From: a virus | Taxonomy: Duplodnaviria; Caudoviricetes | Strand: one strand, 5' to 3' | Length of the DNA stretch: 24,508 nt | IMG/VR virus record: IMGVR_UViG_3300011335_000696 | Coordinates: 1 to 24,508 of that record | In this document: one piece after another, positions 15,687 through 23,654 of the stretch | Layout: every line of letters begins with the position of its first letter | Numbering within the stretch: the stretch's first letter is position 1 | The notes under the pieces: generated by a model | Database searches by the model: none | What the model saw: the letters and a program-made list of their open reading frames with translations, nothing else | What the model was told of the DNA's origin: nothing | Translations under genes and position numbers: made by a program

Positions 15687-16178
15687 TCAGGTCGCCGTGA
15701 TCGAGCCGTAGCAAGTCCCGTTCAGCGTGAAAGAGTTCGGGTCGCCTTCGGCAAAATCGATAGAAATGCGGTTGCCGACGAGGGTCAGGACGTGATCCGT
15801 CGCCTCCCCCAGCGTGGTGCCCTCGATGCTGATCACACAGTCGAGCCCATAGACATCGCTGTTGGTGATGGTGCTGATCGCAGCCGCAAAGGATCCGGTC
15901 TTGTTCACGGCATCCCAGAGCGTCTTCGACGTGGCGTCGCTGAGCTCCGTCATGTGCGCCGAGAAGGACCACGTCGGGAACGTCTGCGACGTGAGACGCA
16001 CCGTGCCCAGGGACCCGCGGTCCAGGTAGGTCGTCACCTCGGCGTTCGAGTTTGCCGACACGGATGTAATCGAGAAGTCTCCACTCTCGAACTCGACGTT
16101 GATGGCGATGGGCGTGCCGGTCCCGTCTCGGAGGACGATTGCCCCATCTCGAAAATTCTTCACGATTGGCAGCGCCAT
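15687..16178 (-). CDS. Major tail tube protein (163 aa)
   Basis: Beta-rich, Thr/Ser/Gly-rich, tube-sized; sits between tail terminator and frameshifted chaperone; followed by hairpin. Confidence 0.8.
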   Translation of the reverse strand: MALPIVKNFRDGAIVLRDGTGTPIAINVEFESGDFSITSVSANSNAEVTTYLDRGSLGTVRLTSQTFPTWSFSAHMTELSDATSKTLWDAVNKTGSFAAAISTITNSDVYGLDCVISIEGTTLGEATDHVLTLVGNRISIDFAEGDPNSFTLNGTCYGSITAT

Positions 16179-16187
16179 TTGATCCCC

Positions 16188-16631
16188 CTACTGAAGCGGA
16201 AGTGTGTGGATGATGCGGAACGTTATCACACCGATGATCCATTCACCTATGGTGTTCGTCTCGCGCGTGGTTCGCAGCACCTGCACCTTGTAGGACAGGG
16301 GCCAAGTCGCGTCGTAGGCCATCAGCTTGTTGATAACTAGGCTCTCCGCATCGAGGGCATCGTCGTAGCTGTCGCTCATTCCCTTGGGCTTGAGCTGCCA
16401 CGAGTAGCGCAGATCCAGCGTCGTCTCGACGAGGAGCCCCTCAGCCGGTCGCCCACGGTAGGCGCGCAGGTCCTCGGTCAGCGTCGGATGAACCGCAAAC
16501 GCCTTGTGCGCGATCGAGTCCGCATCGCGGCCGAAGTTGTCGGGAGCCACGCGCGACTCCTTCCAACCGGTCAGCGTGAGGATCCGCGCGGTCACGTCCT
16601 CGCGCAGCTGGCGTACCGTCTTGCTCGCCAT
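16188..16631 (-). CDS. Tail terminator-like protein (147 aa)
   Basis: TGATG-coupled ATG 16631; N-terminal helix (QLREDVTARILTL), YDDALDAESLVINKL helix, C-terminal strand; directly upstream of tube. Confidence 0.65.
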   Translation of the reverse strand: MASKTVRQLREDVTARILTLTGWKESRVAPDNFGRDADSIAHKAFAVHPTLTEDLRAYRGRPAEGLLVETTLDLRYSWQLKPKGMSDSYDDALDAESLVINKLMAYDATWPLSYKVQVLRTTRETNTIGEWIIGVITFRIIHTLPLQ

Positions 16632-17392
16632 CAGAACCACCCACCGACGCGCGGATACCCGCCGCGGCCGTTGAGCCACACCGTCGAGGCGCCGGCCTTC
16701 TTGCTGTTCGGGTTGATCTTGTTCTCGTCGCTCTCGTCGTAACTGAACCGCAGCTGGTTCCACGCGTCGGTGTACATGCGCTGGTAGTGCTCGGCGAGAG
16801 CCTGCCACCGCCCGCCATCGCCGGCGCTCGTCTGAAAGTCGGTGAACACGAGCTGGAGCGTCAGCGCGACGTGACAGTCACGCATCGCGCTCGGCTGGAT
16901 GATCAGGTAGGGTCGCCGGCCCTGCGCGACGAGGCGGTTGGTGATCGTGGCCCACGCCTCGTCGAGGTAGTCCTGGTAGCTCGTCGTGCCCGTGGCGAGC
17001 AGCGATGGAAGGTCGGAGTGACGCCGGAAGAGGTCCGCGTCCGTGACCACCGGGTAGAGCGTGCGGCGCACGAGGGCGGCGTCCTGACGGAACACGTTCT
17101 GGACCGTCGCCGTCATTTGGAGGGTCCACTCGATGAGCCATCCCTCCTCGAGCGCGAGCGACGTGGTCACCGTTCCCAGGAGCGCGTAGGTCGCCACGCT
17201 CCCGGTGATCGTGACGGCCGCGGCGTTGACGACCACGGTCCCGTCTGCACGGTAGATCGTGATCGTCCCGGAGATCGGCGCGACGAGGGCGCCCGCCCGG
17301 TAGATGGGGCACGTGAGATCCTGATTGCGTCCACGCTCGATGGTCTCGCCAGAGCGGAACCGTGCCGTGTACAGCGTCTCGCTGATGCTCAT
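16631..17392 (-). CDS. Head-tail adaptor with N-terminal Ig-like extension (253 aa)
   Basis: About 105-aa beta-strand N-terminus, then helical VTDADL...YLDEAWATI...RWQALAEHY...Y..AW..LRFSYD; post-capsid position. Confidence 0.6.
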   Translation of the reverse strand: MSISETLYTARFRSGETIERGRNQDLTCPIYRAGALVAPISGTITIYRADGTVVVNAAAVTITGSVATYALLGTVTTSLALEEGWLIEWTLQMTATVQNVFRQDAALVRRTLYPVVTDADLFRRHSDLPSLLATGTTSYQDYLDEAWATITNRLVAQGRRPYLIIQPSAMRDCHVALTLQLVFTDFQTSAGDGGRWQALAEHYQRMYTDAWNQLRFSYDESDENKINPNSKKAGASTVWLNGRGGYPRVGGWF

Positions 17393-17404
17393 CGTGCCCC
17401 CCTG

Positions 17405-17551
17405 CTACCGCTTATCGCGTTCGCGCTGGTCGGCCTTACGCGCCTGCTCGCGGGCGATATGTTCGGCGCGCTGCGTCGGCATCCCGCCCTCGACGAGGCG
17501 ACGCTGAAACGCCTCCTTCGCCGCCGCGATGTCCTTGCGCTCTCCGCTCAT
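17405..17551 (-). CDS. Small basic helical protein (48 aa; not in ORF track)
   Basis: MSGERKDIAAAKEAFQRRLVEGGMPTQRAEHIAREQARKADQRERDKR; ATGA-coupled start; fills gap before adaptor. Confidence 0.7.
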   Translation of the reverse strand: MSGERKDIAAAKEAFQRRLVEGGMPTQRAEHIAREQARKADQRERDKR

Positions 17552-17598
17552 GCCTTCGCCGCCGCGATGTCCTTGCGCTCTCCGCTCATGCCTTCGCC
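17515..17598. repeat. Perfect 38-bp tandem duplication plus 8-bp partial copy
   Basis: CCTTCGCCGCCGCGATGTCCTTGCGCTCTCCGCTCATG at 17515-17552 and 17553-17590, then CCTTCGCC at 17591-17598. Confidence 0.95.
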
Positions 17599-18218
17599 CT
17601 CGCCGTCTTGGTCGGAGTATACATGCGGTCAGTCGCCGCGCGCATCTCGTCGAGGCGCTTCTGCTCGACCGGCAGAGCGAGGGCCGCGCCGGGGTTGACG
17701 GGAGCGGAACTCTGGAGCTCGGTCACCACGCGCTGCTGGCGCTCGAGGAGCACCGTGATGAAGTCGGGATCCGGCACCTTGATGATGCCGTCCGCGACGA
17801 GGCGACGGCAGAAAGCACGGTAACCCTCAGTGTCCACGCTCATGCGAGTCTGACCCGCCACGAGCTTCGGCCGCTCCCACTTCGACAGGAATACGGGACC
17901 GCTGGCTCCCGCATACTGCACGCAGTAGCCGCCCGGCTCGACCTCCCAGGGGACGATCGTCATGCCCTTCTTTGCGAGGTGGACCTCGGCGAGCGCCGTG
18001 TCCCCATTCTTGTCGACGCGGTTGAGGCCGGGGATCGCGACCATCTGCCCGAGGTCCGGAAGCCACTCTCCATCCACGCACTGCCAGTGGCCCGGATGGT
18101 GCGTGTACCACCACGCGCCGTTGCTCGGCAGGTTGAGCAGGGTCGCCATGCCCTGCGGGCGGCTGGCGGGTTGAGCGGCGAATGCGCCGCCATCGGATGC
18201 CGAGAAGTTCGCTGCCAT
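17586..18218 (-). CDS. Hypothetical protein after major capsid gene (210 aa)
   Basis: AAGGAG upstream of ATG 18218; Trp-rich N-terminal half (WWYTHHPGHW...GEWLP); no family recognised. Confidence 0.8.
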   Translation of the reverse strand: MAANFSASDGGAFAAQPASRPQGMATLLNLPSNGAWWYTHHPGHWQCVDGEWLPDLGQMVAIPGLNRVDKNGDTALAEVHLAKKGMTIVPWEVEPGGYCVQYAGASGPVFLSKWERPKLVAGQTRMSVDTEGYRAFCRRLVADGIIKVPDPDFITVLLERQQRVVTELQSSAPVNPGAALALPVEQKRLDEMRAATDRMYTPTKTARAKA

Positions 18219-18238
18219 TGAGTCTCCTTACGCACGAA

Positions 18239-18294
18239 GGCGTGCCCGTACCATAAGCACGGACACGCCCCGACGCTAGGCGGCAGCGCCTAGC
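18239..18294 (-). terminator. Tandem RNA hairpins after capsid gene (attenuator or mRNA-stabilising)
   Basis: GCTAGGCG-CTGC-CGCCTAGC (18294-18275) and 13-bp GGCGTGTCCGTGC-TTATG-GTACGGGCACGCC (18269-18239), with two G-U pairs possible only on the minus transcript. Confidence 0.7.
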
Positions 18295-18300
18295 AGACCA

Positions 18301-19224
18301 TCACAGGTCGGACAGGATGCCGACACCCTTGAGGTCTTGAAGCTCGGCGACGCCGAGGAAGGCGCTACCCACGACCTTGGTGAGTCCAGAGTCGGCCGAG
18401 CGTTCCCACTCGACGGCCACCGGAGCGCCGGCCGGGATGATCACGCCGCCCGCCGCCTGGATGGGCGCCGGAGTGCCGAGGGCGTATGCGATCGCCGCAT
18501 CGCCGAGCATCATCCCGCGGTAGTCCACGCCGCCGACACTCGGGACGTAGCTGCTCACATGCACGTCCACGCCGAAGAGCTCGCCCTTGAAGGCGGCGCC
18601 AAGCGCGGAAGTCTGCGCCTGATTGGCGGCGATGTACTGAGCCGGGCCCGTCTCCGTGCGGAGGCTGCTCATCAGGTCATTGTACTGCTGGGGATGCAAG
18701 ATGCAGTGATACTTGCCCGTCACGCTCTGGAGCTGGAGCGCGAAAATCGCCGAGTAGAACGTGGTCGTGGTGAGGTCCACGCCCGTGCTGCCGACCTGCG
18801 TGCTGAAGCCCGAGGACAACGCACACGCCAGCTGGTTAAAGCGGCCGTTGAAGGCCCCAACCATCGCGTTGCTGAGGCCCTCAAGATCCACGCCGCCAGC
18901 CACGGAGTTGCTGATCCGGGCGAGGTCGCTGAGGTCGTACCGGAGGGCCTGCCTCGCCACAACGACCGTCGCGGCCGAGGAGGTGATCGAGGTGTTCGCC
19001 ACGGACACGCCGTCGCCGGGGGCGCTCATGATGTCGGTCCCGTTGAGGCCGACCACGGGCACCTGGATGGAGTCCGAGCCCGTGCCGTTGACGGACCCGA
19101 CGTTGAGGAAGCAGGTCGCGTTGCGGAGGCTGCCGGTGTCGGCGAGCTTCATCACGATCTGCTGGTAGAGAACCGCGGCGACGCGGGCGTTGCCGTCGAG
19201 AGCGGCAAAGTCGATGTTGGCCAT
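18301..19224 (-). CDS. Major capsid protein, HK97 fold (307 aa)
   Basis: After scaffold; GSDSIQVP, YHCILHPQQYNDL, GELFGVDVHVSSYVP, VEWER, C-terminal GVAELQDLKGV; AGGAGG RBS. Confidence 0.9.
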   Translation of the reverse strand: MANIDFAALDGNARVAAVLYQQIVMKLADTGSLRNATCFLNVGSVNGTGSDSIQVPVVGLNGTDIMSAPGDGVSVANTSITSSAATVVVARQALRYDLSDLARISNSVAGGVDLEGLSNAMVGAFNGRFNQLACALSSGFSTQVGSTGVDLTTTTFYSAIFALQLQSVTGKYHCILHPQQYNDLMSSLRTETGPAQYIAANQAQTSALGAAFKGELFGVDVHVSSYVPSVGGVDYRGMMLGDAAIAYALGTPAPIQAAGGVIIPAGAPVAVEWERSADSGLTKVVGSAFLGVAELQDLKGVGILSDL

Positions 19225-19314
19225 GTTGGCCTCCTAGAGAGGTTCGAGGTTTGCCGCGCCTATCGCTGTTGACGGGAGCTCGCCCCGAGCGCGTGGGAGT
19301 GTCCTCCCACGGCT

Positions 19315-19344
19315 ACCTTACGCCGCTCTGTGACAGCCTGTCAA
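19315..19344 (-). promoter_or_regulatory. Sigma70-type promoter for capsid gene with overlapping palindrome
   Basis: TTGACA (19344-19339), 18 nt, TAAGGT (19320-19315); TGACAG-G-CTGTCA palindrome at 19331-19343. Confidence 0.6.
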
Positions 19345-19901
19345 GGCGTGCGGAACGCCGCTTGGATCGCAGCCGCGTTCGCCTTGTACTCGGCCGGCGT
19401 GAGGCGCATGATCGCCTCGGGCGTCCACGTCGTCGTCGCCGGGGGCGTCTGCGTAACGGTACCGGCGTTGCTCTTCGGGAGTGGCGTCCCCGTGGGAGTA
19501 GGCGCCGTCGCCTGTGTGGGGGCGGGTGCGGCCTCGGGCAGGTACGCACGCACGGCCTTCGGCAGGCTGTCCTTGTTGCCGAGCCACTCTGCCAGTGGGG
19601 GACGCCCCTCGGACGGCAGGCGCGAGTACGCGTGCTGCACGTACTCCATCCCTTCCGCGTCGGTGATCCCCGCGGCCGAGATCTCGCGCTCGATGCGAAG
19701 CGCCTCGCGCTCGGCCTTGCTCGCCGCCTTGGCCTCTTCGACCTGTGCCTTGTACTTCTCGGCGCTCTCGGCGATCGGCGTCAGTTCGCTGACACGCCCC
19801 TCGAGCTCCTTCACGCGTGCCACAAGCTGCCGGATGCGCGCCGCTGCTCCTCCGTCGCTGCTCTCGGTCGTGGTCGTGGTCGTCGTTCCTTCCTCTGTCA
19901 T
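19341..19901 (-). CDS. Capsid scaffolding protein (186 aa)
   Basis: ATGA-coupled ATG 19901; acidic/Thr N-terminus, coiled coil, Pro/Thr linker, C-terminal IMRLTPAEYKANAAAI helix; directly upstream of capsid. Confidence 0.8.
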   Translation of the reverse strand: MTEEGTTTTTTTESSDGGAAARIRQLVARVKELEGRVSELTPIAESAEKYKAQVEEAKAASKAEREALRIEREISAAGITDAEGMEYVQHAYSRLPSEGRPPLAEWLGNKDSLPKAVRAYLPEAAPAPTQATAPTPTGTPLPKSNAGTVTQTPPATTTWTPEAIMRLTPAEYKANAAAIQAAFRTP

Positions 19902-20332
19902 CCTTCCTCCTCGCGTGCGGCTTGCACGCGCTCCCATACTGCTAGTTGCCGTCGAGCCCAAGCGCGCCCTGGCGCACCGCCCCACAGGTCCCACGCGATG
20001 CGCCCGGCGCTCGGGTAGTCCGGGTGCCCTGGTTGCGCGGCGGGCGCCTCGAGGTCGCGCTCGTGCCGCGTGAAGTACGCGACCATCCGCTTGATCGTCT
20101 CGATGCTCACGACCTCGCGGTTCGCGAGCTGCGAGGCGCGGCGCGCTCCGACGAGCGTCCCGCCCCGTCCGTACTTGCGCCGGTTCTCGAGGCCACGCTT
20201 CGCGACCGCAGCCACCTCGACGGGGGCGCGCAGTTCGAATCCCATGGCGCGTTCGTCGCGGAGGAAGCGACGGTAGACCGCCGGGTGCTCGCGCTTGAGG
20301 TAGTCACGCTGGCGCTCGGAGATGAAGGGCAT
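19898..20332 (-). CDS. Head-module protein of unknown function (144 aa)
   Basis: AKRGLE.R....RGGTLVG..RA.QLA...TIKRM..YF.RHE.D...PSAGRIAWDLWGG..G.AWA; coupled to portal and scaffold. Confidence 0.75.
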   Translation of the reverse strand: MPFISERQRDYLKREHPAVYRRFLRDERAMGFELRAPVEVAAVAKRGLENRRKYGRGGTLVGARRASQLANREVVSIETIKRMVAYFTRHERDLEAPAAQPGHPDYPSAGRIAWDLWGGAPGRAWARRQLAVWERVQAAREEEG

Positions 20333-22053
20333 CAGGACTCCTCGTCCATGTCCTCTTCGTCGTGGATCTCGACCTTCGCCTCGACCAGCGGCTCGAGGCC
20401 CAGGTAGCCGCGCGCCTCGCGAAGGCTCTCGATCACCGCCGCCACGACCGCAGCGTTTGCCTCGTCGAGGTTGAGCGCCGCGAGGGCCTCGGTCGCCGCC
20501 ATGATCTCCTCGTCCACCTCGGAGATAGCCTCGGCGCTCACGGGGGATACGTCGGCTGCGGCCGTCGCCGGTCGTACCTCCGAGTCTCCTTCTTCCGCGG
20601 CCGGCGACGCGCTCTCCATCATTCGGGCCTCAGCCATCTTCGCCGCGGCGATCTGCTCGAGGCGAGCGACGGCGTCCTCGTGGGTCAGCGACCCGAAGAG
20701 ACGGAGCGCCTCGACCTTGTCCATAAGGCCGGCCTCCATCATCTCCATCGCGTGAGCGCGACGGCTCTGGAGCTCCTCGGGAGAGAGCGGGATCTCGCGA
20801 TAGAACACAGAATACCCGCCCTCGGGGAACTGCGTGCCCATCGCACGGTTGTAGAGGGTCGCCGATACCGCCACGAGGCGCTCGTCCGCGTCGCGGAACT
20901 GCATGATGTACTTGCGCTGCGCCGTGCGCTTGCCATCCTGGCTGAGCGAGATCGCATACCCGCTCTTCGCGCTACCCGAGGTCCGCTGAAGCTCGGTCGG
21001 CGCGAGGCCAGCCGCGGTAGCCAATCTGTGGGCTAGGGCTGCGACCACGGTTTCGATCTTTTCCACGTCCGCGCCGGCGACGAACTGTCCTACCTGGGGT
21101 TGCTGTTCCATCGCAGCGTCGAGCATGAGGATCGTCGTAGGATCGGTCACGACCTCGACGCGCTGCCCGCGGCTCCCGCCGTCGACCATATCGGCACCCG
21201 CGACGCGCACACCAATCGCCCACCGCTGCGGATACGAGGCGTCCCTTAGCACATGGTGGAGGTAGGTGTCGAGCACCGAAAGGTCGAGGCTACCCTCGTA
21301 GATCTCGATGCCTTTGAATGCGTCGAAGAGGCGATCGCCGTACAGGCTCGCGTGGTACAGCACGACCGGGAGGATGGGCGTCCCGTCTGCGCGACGGTAG
21401 GGGTACGCCGCGCCGGAGTACGTGCCGCCGAGCACCTCGAGGGTCACGTCCTCTCCGAAGCCGCCGTCCTTCGCGAGGACGACTTCATACTTCGGGTTGT
21501 TCGGGTCGCGAATGTCGAGCACGTCCCACGCCCACTGCACCTCGCCTCGGATGTGGCGCAGCCGGATCTCAGCGTAGGCCAGCGGCACCGTTGGGCGACT
21601 AGGGTCGGACTCGGCGATCGTCATATCGGGGGACACCGGCCGGTAGACCAGACGGCCGTCGTCCACGTCCACGCGCATCCACATCTCGCGAAGCGCGATC
21701 ACCATCGACTGAAACCGCGCCATCTGTGGCCACAGGCCGGAGCGGGCGATCAGGCCATTCGACCCGCACAGATCCTCGACCGCCCCGCCGGCCGTGTTGT
21801 GGGCAACGTCCGGGGGGGCGTCGTACAGCGTGGCCAGCTCGTTGCTGATCTCGTCGAAGCGGTTGGAGCTCATCGCCGGGAGGCCGATCGCCTGACGGCG
21901 CACGCTTCCGAGCTGTACCTGTAGACGGTCCTCGAGCAGCCTCGCCCAGCGTCCCTCCTTGAGGGCCCTCCGGTGCCGGGTGTGCTCCCAGCGCGACGCC
22001 TCTTCCGGGTTCGTGGGAGCGGGCGGCTGCGGCATCTTGGAGTAGGCGTACAT
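20332..22053 (-). CDS. Portal protein with acidic C-terminal extension (573 aa)
   Basis: Directly after TerL; LATLYDAPP, PILPVVLYH, ASYPQRWAIG, AKSGYAISL resemble SPP1 gp6-type portal motifs. Confidence 0.85.
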   Translation of the reverse strand: MYAYSKMPQPPAPTNPEEASRWEHTRHRRALKEGRWARLLEDRLQVQLGSVRRQAIGLPAMSSNRFDEISNELATLYDAPPDVAHNTAGGAVEDLCGSNGLIARSGLWPQMARFQSMVIALREMWMRVDVDDGRLVYRPVSPDMTIAESDPSRPTVPLAYAEIRLRHIRGEVQWAWDVLDIRDPNNPKYEVVLAKDGGFGEDVTLEVLGGTYSGAAYPYRRADGTPILPVVLYHASLYGDRLFDAFKGIEIYEGSLDLSVLDTYLHHVLRDASYPQRWAIGVRVAGADMVDGGSRGQRVEVVTDPTTILMLDAAMEQQPQVGQFVAGADVEKIETVVAALAHRLATAAGLAPTELQRTSGSAKSGYAISLSQDGKRTAQRKYIMQFRDADERLVAVSATLYNRAMGTQFPEGGYSVFYREIPLSPEELQSRRAHAMEMMEAGLMDKVEALRLFGSLTHEDAVARLEQIAAAKMAEARMMESASPAAEEGDSEVRPATAAADVSPVSAEAISEVDEEIMAATEALAALNLDEANAAVVAAVIESLREARGYLGLEPLVEAKVEIHDEEDMDEES

Positions 22054-22065
22054 CTGGATCCCCCC

Positions 22066-23451
22066 TTAGCCCAGCCTAATGGATGTCGGCTGATACAGGC
22101 GCCTAGTATACAGTTCGAGCGTGTAGCGCAGCGCGTCGATCGAGTGCTTATGCTCGCTCGCCTCGCGGCCGTCGAACTTCTGCAAGTCGTCAATGAGCCC
22201 ACGACACCGCGGGTTGATCGAGAAGTCTCCGCGGAGCATGGCGGCGCTCAACACCCGATAGCCCTCGAACACCGACCCGCGCGGTTTGTACGCCGTGTGG
22301 ATGCGGAAGGGCAGGCTCCCCGTGGGCAGGCGCAGCGACCGCTCAAACGCCGACATCAGCATGGCGTTCGACTTCAGCGACCCGTTCTTCTTGCCGTACA
22401 CCTTACGGTCGCCGACCCACCTATCGACCTGCTCCCACCGCAGGCCGCAGCGCCGGAGCATGGTGAGGATCGCAGCGGCGTCCTGATCCGGCGTGGTCAT
22501 GCCGTCGCTCACCACCTGGTCGAGGACCCAGATCTTCGGGTGCCCTTCGCCGCCATCGCGGACTAGCGCCGTCAGGATCGCCACCTGGGCGCCGGCCTCG
22601 GTGCCGTGATCGATCCCGACGCCGATAAGGGCCTCGCCCACCGGGGCGTCGGCGCGCACGTGCTGTGCCGGGTCGAACATCTTGAAGACGCGGCCCTCGA
22701 CCCACCCGCTGTCCCACTCCCCGTGGATACGCTGAGCTACCTCTTGCGGGAGCACCTGCGCGGTGAGCTTGTCAATGTCCGACTGCTCGAGCAACGGCCT
22801 ACCGCCAATGGGCGTCGTGTTCTCGACGCTGAGCGGGAAGTGTAGGTCCTGCACAGCGCCCTCCTCGACGAGGCGCTTGAGCCACCCGAGGGGGAGCCCG
22901 ATGGGCGTCAGCGTGATCGCAATGCGCCCCCTCTGGCGCAGCACGCGTGCCGCCAGCTCGGACCAGATTTCCTCCGGGGGGGGTTCGTCGATCAGCACGT
23001 AGTCAATGGTCGCACCGGCCAGCGCGAGCGCGCCCTGGTTCACCGTGCGGATGCGCAAGACGCTACCGTTCAGGAAGCGGAGCAGGGGGGTCTTGCCGCG
23101 GAAGCCCCGTCCGGGGACCCACTCCGGGTCATGTATTGAATCCTTAGGCACGAGCTCCCAAAGCTTCTTCTGAATCGAGAGCGACTGCTCCCACGACACG
23201 ACCACGACCCACGCCTCGATCGGCGCCGCCTTGACCAGCGTGTACGGGTGCGAGCCGAGACACCGATAGATGCAGTCGGCCAGCCCCGCCCACGTCTTGC
23301 CTAGTTGGTTCCCGGCGCGCAGTAGGCGCACGGGATGATTGCTCGAGAGGAAGGCGAGCTGCGGTGGCGTCGGCCGGAAGTAGGCCAAGGGGTCCGCGTG
23401 GGCCCGACGCGCCAGCGTGTTCGTCGCCGTGGCGAGAGCGGAGAGGTTCAC
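22066..23451 (-). CDS. terL: Terminase large subunit (461 aa)
   Basis: PTPPQ Q-motif, Walker A AGNQLGKT, Walker B YVLIDEPP, motif III TLTP, nuclease GIDHG and HSIDALRY. Confidence 0.95.
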   Translation of the reverse strand: MNLSALATATNTLARRAHADPLAYFRPTPPQLAFLSSNHPVRLLRAGNQLGKTWAGLADCIYRCLGSHPYTLVKAAPIEAWVVVVSWEQSLSIQKKLWELVPKDSIHDPEWVPGRGFRGKTPLLRFLNGSVLRIRTVNQGALALAGATIDYVLIDEPPPEEIWSELAARVLRQRGRIAITLTPIGLPLGWLKRLVEEGAVQDLHFPLSVENTTPIGGRPLLEQSDIDKLTAQVLPQEVAQRIHGEWDSGWVEGRVFKMFDPAQHVRADAPVGEALIGVGIDHGTEAGAQVAILTALVRDGGEGHPKIWVLDQVVSDGMTTPDQDAAAILTMLRRCGLRWEQVDRWVGDRKVYGKKNGSLKSNAMLMSAFERSLRLPTGSLPFRIHTAYKPRGSVFEGYRVLSAAMLRGDFSINPRCRGLIDDLQKFDGREASEHKHSIDALRYTLELYTRRLYQPTSIRLG

Positions 23452-23654
23452 CGCTTCCCCTTGTGCGCGTGGTGCGCGATGCGCTCTGCCGCAGCGTAGA
23501 GCGCAGGTTGATCGAGGCGCTCACTTTCCTCGCGGAGCCACTCCACGATCTCGTTGCGCTCTTCGATCTTGAACGCGCCGCGAGCGTTGAACAGCGCGCG
23601 ATCCTTCTCTGCCCAGCCGGGGCAGGCGAAACATCCGGGGGGGACTTCGGTCAC
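23448..23654 (-). CDS. Hypothetical protein (68 aa)
   Basis: GTGA overlaps at both ends; CFAC motif and EERNEIVEWLR...AAAERI. Confidence 0.6.
   Translation of the reverse strand: MTEVPPGCFACPGWAEKDRALFNARGAFKIEERNEIVEWLREESERLDQPALYAAAERIAHHAHKGKR

Noticed and set aside
15064-16242. 392-aa ORF as an independent gene
   Set aside because: Overlaps tube and chaperone out of frame; only the last 76 codons look protein-like and are explained by the frameshift
17515-17598. CRISPR array or att site
   Set aside because: Copies abut with no spacer, duplicate a gene start, and no cas or integrase gene is present
19225-19260. c-di-GMP-I riboswitch suggested by GGCAAACC on minus strand
   Set aside because: The remaining conserved elements and second stem are not recognisable
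19864-19887. Poly-Thr ACG/ACC run in scaffold as a phase-variable repeat
   Set aside because: In-frame, mixed codons, ordinary low-complexity N-terminus
22105-22110. TATACT -10 box upstream of portal
   Set aside because: Inside TerL coding sequence, with no -35 at 16-18 nt and no proper extended -10
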